Shown: positions 56,865 to 64,000 of the stretch, one piece after another
Layout of the letters: every line of letters begins with the position of its first letter
Position numbering within the stretch: position 1 is the first letter of the stretch
Source: Patescibacteria group bacterium
GTDB lineage: Bacteria > Patescibacteriota > Patescibacteriia > Buchananbacterales > UBA6539
Reading direction: 5' to 3'
NCBI GenBank assembly: GCA_028688055.1
Contig: JAQTYZ010000001.1
Location: 242,910 to 306,909, forward strand
Length of the DNA stretch: 64,000 nucleotides
The notes under the pieces: model-generated
Database searches by the model: none
Told to the model about the DNA's origin: nothing
The model's input: the letters and a program-made list of their open reading frames with translations, nothing else
Position numbers and translations under genes: made by a program

Positions 56865-59535
56865 TTGGCACTCATTACCGCTGACTGAAGTCTATAAATT
56901 ACTAAATTCGGGAATAAACGGAATAAGCTTTCAGGATGCTTCAGAACGGCAAAAAAAAATGGGCCTGAATGAATTACCGACTGACTCTAAACTTAATGGA
57001 TTTAAAATATTATTTAGTCAGCTATCAAGCCCGTTAGTCTATATTTTAATTGCGGCGGCAATCATTTCCGCTTTCCTTCAGGACGGTGTTGATACCGTTG
57101 TTATTTTAATTGCGGTTCTCATTAATACGGTGGTTGGTTTTTATCAGGAATACAAGGCTAATAAAGCAATGTCTTATTTGAAAAAATTAATCGATCTTAA
57201 AGCCAAGGTGCTACGTGAAGGCAATGAGATAAAAATTAAAAGTAATCAGCTAGTGCCGGGTGACATTATTTATCTTGATCCGGGTGATAAAATTCAAGCG
57301 GACTGCCGATTAATATCAATTGATAACCTACAAATTAATGAAGCCGCCCTAACCGGTGAATCACTGCCGTCAACTAAAAGTGTTAAAAATATTGATATTG
57401 GCACCGCGCTCGCTGATCGAAAAAATATGGTTTATAGTGGCACCATTGTTTCATCGGGCAAAGGAATGGCGATAGTCTGCGAAACTGGACTTAATACGGA
57501 GCTGGGAAAAATTACGAAATTAGTTGCCGCGACCAATGAAGCAGACACGCCACTGCAAAAGCAGCTAAAAAAATTAAGTAAAACACTAAGTTACTTCGTG
57601 ATTATCATAACTGCCCTGATTATTACCATTGGTGTTTTTCAGGGTCGACCAATTTTTGCCTTTGGCGAGGCCGCTCGCGAAGGTATGCTCAGTACCGCCG
57701 CCGCCCTGGCCGTTGCTGCTATTCCTGAGGGCTTGCTAGTCTCGGTCACAACAATTCTCGCGATTGGTATGCAGGCTATTTTTAGAAAAAAATCCTTAGT
57801 CAGAAAATTAATTGCCGCGGAAACGTTGGGAAGTGTCTCAATAATTTGTACTGACAAAACTGGTACGCTAACTCAGGGTAATATGGAAGTCAATAAAATT
57901 GTCACTTTTGATCGTGAAACTTCCAAGCATCAATATGAAAACATTGAGACGCTTAAAGATCATGATTTAATCGAAAAAATATCACTCCTTTGCAACAACG
58001 CGGTGATCGAAAATCCCAATGAACCACTCGAAAATTGGAAGATGATTGGCGACTCAACAGAAAAAGCACTCTTGCTCAGTGCTATTCAGACCGGAATGCC
58101 CTACAAAAAAATTAGAGCTGATCAACCGAAATTAACAGAACTGTCCTTTAATTCCGAGCGTAAATTTATGGTGTCGTTGCATCAGTTGGATGACAAAAGC
58201 AATGTTATGTATGCTAAGGGCGCGCCAGAAAAAATTATTTCAATGGCTTCAAAAGTTAGAATCAACGGAAAAAAAGAAATACTAACTCCTGCTAAAACTA
58301 ATGAACTAAAAAAACGCTACGAAAAATTAACGGCTGAAGGCTTAAGATTACTAGCGTTTGCCTACCGACAAGTTCCCAAAAGTAAACATATTGATGATAT
58401 TGAAAAAGAATTGAACGATTTTATTTTTGTCGGTTTTGTTGCCCTTAAAGATCCGCTCCGGCCGGGCATTAAAGAAACCTTTGCCTTAGCAAAAGCGGCT
58501 GGCATCCGACCGATTATTGTCACCGGCGATCATCAATTGACGACGCGCGCTATCCTGCAAGAATTGGGAATTAAAATTGAAGCTCACAATATCATTGAGG
58601 GCGCTGAATTAGATAAGCTTAGCGACGAGGAATTATCCAAAAAAGTTAAATCAATTGATATTTATGCGCGAGTCGAACCGAGACACAAACTGAGGATTAT
58701 TCAAGCCTGGCAACAAAAAGGTGAAGTCGTGGCGATGACTGGTGATGGTATTAACGATGCACCAGCACTGAAATCCGCCGATATCGGCATCGCGCTGGGT
58801 TCCGGTACTGACGTTGCCAAAGAAACGTCGGACATGATTTTGCTGGATAATAATTTTAAAACTATCATTGCCGCTGTTGAGCAAGGTAGAGTTATCTATG
58901 ACAATATTAGAAAAGTTATTGTTTATCTTTTAGCGGACAGTTTCTCCGAAATTATTTTAGTTGGTGGCTCACTTTTACTCTATTTACCATTGCCAATTTT
59001 GCCCGCTCAAATAATATGGATAAATTTAATCGCTGATGGTTTTCCCAATTTAGCGCTAACAATGGAGGCCGGCGAAAAAGATATAATGTCGAACCCGCCC
59101 CGGAAAAAAAATGAAAAAATTCTAAATTCGGAAATGAAGGCCTTAATTTTTATCATTGGTATCTTTTCGGATTTAATTATGCTGGCACTTTTTTATATTT
59201 TGTGTCAATCTCAAATAGCCGAGCTCTCACATATTAGAACAATAATATTTGCGGCGGTTGGCTTAGACTCGTTAGTCTACGTATTTTCCTGTCGCAGTCT
59301 GCGCCATAGTATCTTAACCTCTAATCCATTTTCAAACGTATATTTAGTTGCAGCCGTTCTAATCGGATTTGCTTTGCAGATTACTGCCATTTATCAACCA
59401 GGCCTGGCAAATATTTTTGGAAATGTGCCCCTTGGCTTATACGATTGGCTATTAGTAACTTCCCTAACGCTAATTAAGATTACCGGAATTGAACTAACAA
59501 AACATCACTTTATAATTAAAAGAAAATATGCCTGA
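56851..59535 (+). CDS. P-type ATPase, subfamily IIA-like (probable Ca2+ transporter)
   Basis: LTGES, IPEGL, DKTGT, KGAPE, TGD, MTGDGINDAPAL, WINLIADG. Confidence 0.95.
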   Translation: MKKNNWHSLPLTEVYKLLNSGINGISFQDASERQKKMGLNELPTDSKLNGFKILFSQLSSPLVYILIAAAIISAFLQDGVDTVVILIAVLINTVVGFYQEYKANKAMSYLKKLIDLKAKVLREGNEIKIKSNQLVPGDIIYLDPGDKIQADCRLISIDNLQINEAALTGESLPSTKSVKNIDIGTALADRKNMVYSGTIVSSGKGMAIVCETGLNTELGKITKLVAATNEADTPLQKQLKKLSKTLSYFVIIITALIITIGVFQGRPIFAFGEAAREGMLSTAAALAVAAIPEGLLVSVTTILAIGMQAIFRKKSLVRKLIAAETLGSVSIICTDKTGTLTQGNMEVNKIVTFDRETSKHQYENIETLKDHDLIEKISLLCNNAVIENPNEPLENWKMIGDSTEKALLLSAIQTGMPYKKIRADQPKLTELSFNSERKFMVSLHQLDDKSNVMYAKGAPEKIISMASKVRINGKKEILTPAKTNELKKRYEKLTAEGLRLLAFAYRQVPKSKHIDDIEKELNDFIFVGFVALKDPLRPGIKETFALAKAAGIRPIIVTGDHQLTTRAILQELGIKIEAHNIIEGAELDKLSDEELSKKVKSIDIYARVEPRHKLRIIQAWQQKGEVVAMTGDGINDAPALKSADIGIALGSGTDVAKETSDMILLDNNFKTIIAAVEQGRVIYDNIRKVIVYLLADSFSEIILVGGSLLLYLPLPILPAQIIWINLIADGFPNLALTMEAGEKDIMSNPPRKKNEKILNSEMKALIFIIGIFSDLIMLALFYILCQSQIAELSHIRTIIFAAVGLDSLVYVFSCRSLRHSILTSNPFSNVYLVAAVLIGFALQITAIYQPGLANIFGNVPLGLYDWLLVTSLTLIKITGIELTKHHFIIKRKYA

Positions 59536-60157
59536 AAAAAATATTAAGCTTACGGCACCAGCAAGCGTCGGGATGATTATCCATCAATCAAAACTAATTC
59601 TGGCAAAAAAAATCGTCTGGCCGATAATCTTTATGTTAGCTGATTTTTTCTTTGCCTACCCATTACTTGTCAAGGGGGCTTTAACCACTGCTCTATTTTT
59701 AACAATATTGACCCTATCTTTTTTTTGGATTACTTCAAAAACCTATATTTGGTTTAATAAAAAATTGATTATATCAAATTTGACAATCATTGATGTGGAC
59801 CAAATAAATATTTTTAAAAAAATTGTTACCGTGGTAAAAATGGCAGAGGTTAATGAAGTAGCCGTCCACCGAGCAGGTTTTTGGCAGCGCGTTTTTCGAC
59901 TTGGTAACCTATACCTTATTTATAATGAGGGGAAAACCCGAATCGATTTTTTTAATATTACTAAACCCAAGTCAGTCCAAAAGTATCTTGCTACTTTTAT
60001 TCATAATGATTTAACGCCAGCTCCCGACCAAAAAATAGACGACCGTAAAATTATTGAATATTTAAAAGAAGTTAAAAAGAGTGTTGGGGAAAGAAAATTT
60101 CAAGAGATTATATCCAAGGTAGGTGAGTCAGATCGTGATGAATTAATTGAAGATTGA
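59528..60157 (+). CDS. Membrane protein with bacterial PH-like domain
   Basis: Two TM helices then LIISNLTIIDVDQ...QRVFRLGNL...NITKP, a bPH_2-like pattern. Confidence 0.6.
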   Translation: MPEKNIKLTAPASVGMIIHQSKLILAKKIVWPIIFMLADFFFAYPLLVKGALTTALFLTILTLSFFWITSKTYIWFNKKLIISNLTIIDVDQINIFKKIVTVVKMAEVNEVAVHRAGFWQRVFRLGNLYLIYNEGKTRIDFFNITKPKSVQKYLATFIHNDLTPAPDQKIDDRKIIEYLKEVKKSVGERKFQEIISKVGESDRDELIED

Positions 60158-60192
60158 ATGTAATTATGTTATAATATTGTCAGCCAATCACT

Positions 60193-60579
60193 ATGACCGT
60201 ACATTATGGCCGAACTAAATTAGGTAAAATAAAAAAATGGCTTACCTCCATTGTTCTTTTGTTAGTTTTAATGGTGGTTGTTTATAGTCTGGCTCAAAGC
60301 TGGCTGAAGAATCAAGAAGTAAACTCCGAGATCGTCGGCCTACAAACCAATATTGATAATCTTGAAAAAGAAAATGAACAATACCAACAGTTAATTGAGT
60401 ACTTGAACTCCAACGCCTACCTTGAAGAAAAGGCTAGAACCGACCTGGGACTAAAAAAACAAGGTGAAAAGGTAGTGGTTTTGCCCCAAAATTTGATTAA
60501 TAATCAAGCGACGGCAACTGACGATCAAGCATCAAGTCAATCCAATCTATCAAGTTGGATTAACTATTTTTTCAAATAA
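60193..60579 (+). CDS. Septum formation initiator (DivIC/FtsB family)
   Basis: TM + coiled coil + YLEEKARTDLGLKKQGE. Confidence 0.88.
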   Translation: MTVHYGRTKLGKIKKWLTSIVLLLVLMVVVYSLAQSWLKNQEVNSEIVGLQTNIDNLEKENEQYQQLIEYLNSNAYLEEKARTDLGLKKQGEKVVVLPQNLINNQATATDDQASSQSNLSSWINYFFK

Positions 60580-61686
60580 ATGATAGAAAAAACTAAAAAT
60601 AACATTGCCAGCACTGACACCGAAGAGATTAACCGACTTCGGGATGTCGTTTTGAAATGGGTTGACACTCAAAAGGCAGATAATCAACAAAAAAACAAAC
60701 CCACAAAAATCGCTAGCAAAGTAAAAACCACCGTCCCTAACCCCTCCCCGCCGCTGGTGAACCAAAGTTTAAAACAAAAGCATAAATTTCCTAAGTATCG
60801 TTTATTTTTTATTCTTCCACTGCTAACCGTTCTACTATTTTTTATTTTATTCTCTGGCTATCTTTATGCTTTTCATCCAGTCAATCAGGTAGTTATTGCT
60901 GTCACCAAAATTATTCCATACCCAATAATGTTTGTTGACTATCGAGCGGCTTATTACTACACCTGGGCTGAGCAAGTTTCATCGCTTAATAATTTTTACT
61001 CAAAACAACTATCTGATACCACCTTTAAAATACCGCCGATTTTGCAGACAGAAAAACATATTCTTGATAGAATGATAGAAGATTCACTGATCAAAAATTT
61101 AGCGAATCACTATGGATTAAAGGTCAGTCAATCGGAAATTGACTCACAAATTAAAAAACTTACAACATTTGTAGGTTCTACTAACACCTTGGCGGGACAG
61201 CTAGACAATTTATATGGTTGGAATGTGTCACAATTTAAGCAGGAATTGCTTGAGCCATTATTGCTTAAAAATAAAGTTGCCCTTGCCATCACGCTTGATG
61301 ACCGGCTTAATCAGCCAGCGCGTCAAAAAGCTCAAGAGGTCTTGCAAAAAATAAAGGTTGACGGTGAATCATTTGAAAAAATGGCTCAAGAGTATAGCCA
61401 AGATGTGACCGCGGTCCAAGGAGGCGATTTGGGATATTTCACCAAAGGCGAGATGGTTCCAGAATTTGAACAAGCGGCCTTTAGCCTGGGGCCAGGCCAA
61501 ATGAGTGATATTGTTAAAACCAGATTTGGCTACCACATCATAAAAGTAGTTGAAAAAATTAACGATGAAACCGGTAGTATTTCCCAGATTCGCGCCAGCC
61601 ATATCTTAATTAGATCAAAAGATTTAGACGCCTATCTTTCAGAGTTAAAGCATCAAATATGGGTTATGAGGCTAATTAAGGTATAA
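60580..61686 (+). CDS. PrsA/SurA-like parvulin peptidyl-prolyl isomerase
   Basis: FEKMAQEYSQD, GGDLGYF, MVPEFEQAAF, TRFGYHIIK, ASHILI. Confidence 0.9.
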   Translation: MIEKTKNNIASTDTEEINRLRDVVLKWVDTQKADNQQKNKPTKIASKVKTTVPNPSPPLVNQSLKQKHKFPKYRLFFILPLLTVLLFFILFSGYLYAFHPVNQVVIAVTKIIPYPIMFVDYRAAYYYTWAEQVSSLNNFYSKQLSDTTFKIPPILQTEKHILDRMIEDSLIKNLANHYGLKVSQSEIDSQIKKLTTFVGSTNTLAGQLDNLYGWNVSQFKQELLEPLLLKNKVALAITLDDRLNQPARQKAQEVLQKIKVDGESFEKMAQEYSQDVTAVQGGDLGYFTKGEMVPEFEQAAFSLGPGQMSDIVKTRFGYHIIKVVEKINDETGSISQIRASHILIRSKDLDAYLSELKHQIWVMRLIKV

Positions 61687-61691
61687 AAATA

Positions 61692-61764
61692 AGCCAACGG
61701 TGGGAGTCGAACCCACGACCTTTCCCTTACGAAGGGACTGCTCTACCAGCTGAGCTACGTTGGC
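61692..61764 (-). tRNA. tRNA-Thr (anticodon CGT), CCA not encoded
   Basis: Minus strand GCCAACG...TCCC-TTCGTAA-GGGA...GGTTCGACTCC...CGTTGGC. Confidence 0.95.
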
Positions 61765-61767
61765 ACA

Positions 61768-61839
61768 AGCGGATGACGGGGATCGAACCCGCGATCTTCT
61801 GCTTGGGAAGCAGACGTTCTACCGCTGAACTACATCCGC
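61768..61839 (-). tRNA. tRNA-Gly (anticodon CCC), CCA not encoded
   Basis: Minus strand GCGGATG...TCTGC-TTCCCAA-GCAGA...GGTTCGATCCC...CATCCGC; 3-nt spacer to tRNA-Thr. Confidence 0.95.
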
Positions 61840-61889
61840 GAAACATAAGCCATTATAGCAAATTATAAAAATAAGGAAAGTGAAACAAA

Positions 61890-62570
61890 ATGATAATCTT
61901 TAAAAATATTCAAAAAATTTATCCACCCGATGTTGATGCCTTAAAGGATGTTAATCTTCATATTAAGCCAAAAGAATTTGTTTCAATTGTTGGACGTAGT
62001 GGAACTGGTAAAACCACGATGATGAAAATTATGACGGCCGAAGAAAGGCCAACCAAGGGTCAAATCATTATCGGTGGCTGGGACATTACTAATATTCGTC
62101 CACGGGATATTCCCATTTTAAGAAGGCAAATCGGCGTCGTTTTTCAGGATTTTAAACTGCTGGGCAAAAAAACCGTATTTGAAAATATTCAATTCGCGCT
62201 GGAGGTTTGTGGGGTTGATGCAACCCGCAGCCGTGAAGTTATTCCACAAGTATTAAAGATTGTCGGCTTAACCGGCAAAGAGGATCGGTACCCAATTCAA
62301 TTGTCAGGTGGCGAACAGCAACGAGTAGCGATTGCCAGATCGTTGGTGCATCGACCGAAAATTTTGATCGCTGATGAACCAACCGGCAACCTCGACTCGA
62401 TTAATAGTCGTGAAATTGTCGACTTACTTCTCAAGATCAATGAATTTGGAACAACGGTTGTTTTGGTCAGTCACAATCGGGAGGTTATTAATTCGATTAG
62501 TAAGCGCGTTGTTGCCTTAGACAACGGCACAATTATCTCCGACCAAAAAGTCGGTAAATACATTTTGTAA
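61890..62570 (+). CDS. ftsE: Cell division ATP-binding protein FtsE
   Basis: [46 protein letters not shown]; followed by ftsX. Confidence 0.95.
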   Translation: MIIFKNIQKIYPPDVDALKDVNLHIKPKEFVSIVGRSGTGKTTMMKIMTAEERPTKGQIIIGGWDITNIRPRDIPILRRQIGVVFQDFKLLGKKTVFENIQFALEVCGVDATRSREVIPQVLKIVGLTGKEDRYPIQLSGGEQQRVAIARSLVHRPKILIADEPTGNLDSINSREIVDLLLKINEFGTTVVLVSHNREVINSISKRVVALDNGTIISDQKVGKYIL

Positions 62571-62571
62571 T

Positions 62572-63489
62572 ATGGTACTATCATCTTTTTTGAGAATATT
62601 TAAATTTGCCTGGCAAAGCTTTTGGCGAAACATTTGGCTTTCAATTGCCACCATCACGATTATTGTTTTAGCCTTTATTTCCATCAATTCCTTAATTATA
62701 ATCAAATTAGTAACCGACACTGCTATCAATGTTATTAAAGATAAAGTTGATATTAGTCTTTATTTCCGGCCAGATGTTACCGAGTCTCAGGTCCAGGAAG
62801 TACAGAGCTACTTAACTTCACTAACCCAAGTTAAGGACATTACCTATGTGTCTCAGGCTGACGCCTTAGAAAATTTTAAGCGCCTCCACCGTCAGGATTC
62901 GGTGATAATTTCATCATTAGATGAACTCGATTCAAATCCCATTGGCGCTACCCTTCAAGTTCAGGCCAAAAATATTGAGGATTATCCCGCCATTATGGAA
63001 GTGCTCAATAATTCAAAATATAGTGGTTTAATAATTGATAAAAACTTTGACGACCATCAGTTATACATCACAAAAATAAAAAACTTTTCTGACAACTTTA
63101 ATAAAATTGGGCTGATAACCTCGCTCATATTCTTATTCGTCGCGGCCTTGATTGTCTTCAATACCATTAGGGTTGCAATTTACACTCACCGTAGCGAAAT
63201 CGCAATTATGAAGTTAGTTGGGGCTTCCAACTGGTTTATTAGGAGCCCCTTCTTGATGGAAGCTATTTTTTATGGCATTATTGCTTGTTTGATATCAATT
63301 GCCGCTGTTTACCCAATTTTGAACTTCATTCAACCATATGTCAGTAATTTTTTCCTCACCGAGCAATATAGTATAACCAATCAATTCAACCAGTATTTTT
63401 GGGAAATATTTGGCCTTGAGTTAGTAGCTATTATTTTGTTAAATATTATTAGCAGTCTCATTGCTATTAGACGATACCTAAAGGTATAA
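62572..63489 (+). CDS. ftsX: Cell division permease FtsX
   Basis: FNTIRVAIYTHRSEIAIMKLVGASNWFIRSPFLME. Confidence 0.95.
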   Translation: MVLSSFLRIFKFAWQSFWRNIWLSIATITIIVLAFISINSLIIIKLVTDTAINVIKDKVDISLYFRPDVTESQVQEVQSYLTSLTQVKDITYVSQADALENFKRLHRQDSVIISSLDELDSNPIGATLQVQAKNIEDYPAIMEVLNNSKYSGLIIDKNFDDHQLYITKIKNFSDNFNKIGLITSLIFLFVAALIVFNTIRVAIYTHRSEIAIMKLVGASNWFIRSPFLMEAIFYGIIACLISIAAVYPILNFIQPYVSNFFLTEQYSITNQFNQYFWEIFGLELVAIILLNIISSLIAIRRYLKV

Positions 63490-63555
63490 TCGGACTTGAC
63501 TTTGAACCATTTTTCTATTAACGTATACTGTTGTTATCATATTCGGCGCCAGTGT

Positions 63556-63626
63556 TCGGAGGTCGTCTAAAGGCAGGACGACGGGCTTTGGACCCGTCTA
63601 TCCAGGTTCGAATCCTGGCCTCCGAG
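63556..63626 (+). tRNA. tRNA-Gln (anticodon TTG), CCA not encoded
   Basis: Acceptor TCGGAGG/CCTCCGA, ACGGG-CTTTGGA-CCCGT, GGTTCGAATCC. Confidence 0.95.
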
Positions 63627-63654
63627 CTTTGGCGCGGAATATCTAAAATAACTT

Positions 63655-64000
63655 ATGGAAATATTTACTTACTTTTGGCACTACTATCTCTTTATTCCAC
63701 TTTTTAATTTACTAATTTGGTTGTATTTAAATTATTCATCATATAATTTAGGCATTGCCATTATCCTACTGACCGTTGCTGTTAGAATAATACTGCTACC
63801 CTTTACGATTCTAACCGAACGGGGAAAAATTGTCAGCGAAAAATTAGCTGTTGAAGTAAAGGAAATCAAGCGAGACTATTCCAACGATCCGGTTAAACAA
63901 AAAATAATGATTCGCCGGCTTTTGAAAAAAAGAAGGATTAGACCTTGGTCAAAAGCTGTATCCTTGGGCTTTCAAGCTTTAATTTTAGTCTTGTTGTATC
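63655..64000 (+). CDS. yidC: YidC/Oxa1-family membrane protein insertase (partial, runs off the window)
   Basis: Manual translation MEIFTYFWHYYLFIPLFNLLIWLYLNYSSYNLGIAIILLTVAVRIILLP...EIKRDYSNDPVKQ; G.AII.LT..VR..L.P is the YidC TM1 signature. Confidence 0.85.
   Translation, partial: MEIFTYFWHYYLFIPLFNLLIWLYLNYSSYNLGIAIILLTVAVRIILLPFTILTERGKIVSEKLAVEVKEIKRDYSNDPVKQKIMIRRLLKKRRIRPWSKAVSLGFQALILVLLY

Noticed and set aside
1-64000. CRISPR array, rRNA, IS transposase, prophage or reverse transcriptase
   Set aside because: No regularly spaced repeats, rRNA signatures or corresponding protein motifs were seen by eye or in the ORF track.

Overview
AT-rich bacterial chromosomal segment in standard code 11 (TGA is used as stop, e.g. 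43283-43285 and 44009-44011). The gene content and style (DUF4012, DUF3048, CAP protein, giant Cys-rich surface protein, membrane-anchored Clp ATPase, little biosynthetic metabolism, mostly leaderless or SD-less genes) suggest Patescibacteria/CPR; this is an inference, not a database result. Housekeeping genes: rodA, rplY, dnaX, ybaB, murJ, lepA, recJ, rnhA, tgt, rplU, recR, dnaB, ftsE, ftsX and partial yidC. RNA genes: rnpB and five tRNAs (Gln-CTG, Lys-TTT, Thr-CGT, Gly-CCC, Gln-TTG). There are two glycan loci, one containing a 1666-aa GT2-GT2-flippase-GT4 fusion. The most notable structure is at tRNA-Lys (53251-54719). A small GIY-YIG nuclease gene sits between a degenerate 5' copy of the tRNA, in which 8 nt are replaced by a perfect 16-bp palindrome, and the intact tRNA, which supplies the nuclease stop codon. 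A second duplication of the tRNA 3' end brackets a Na+/Ca2+ antiporter. Other oddities: two self-contained high-GC secreted-orphan cassettes with structured leaders and long hairpins, a TGT lacking all four zinc ligands, a sensor-less tandem histidine kinase, a membrane-tethered Clp ATPase with a degenerate first motor, an orphan PurD-like ligase, and several candidate structured RNAs.
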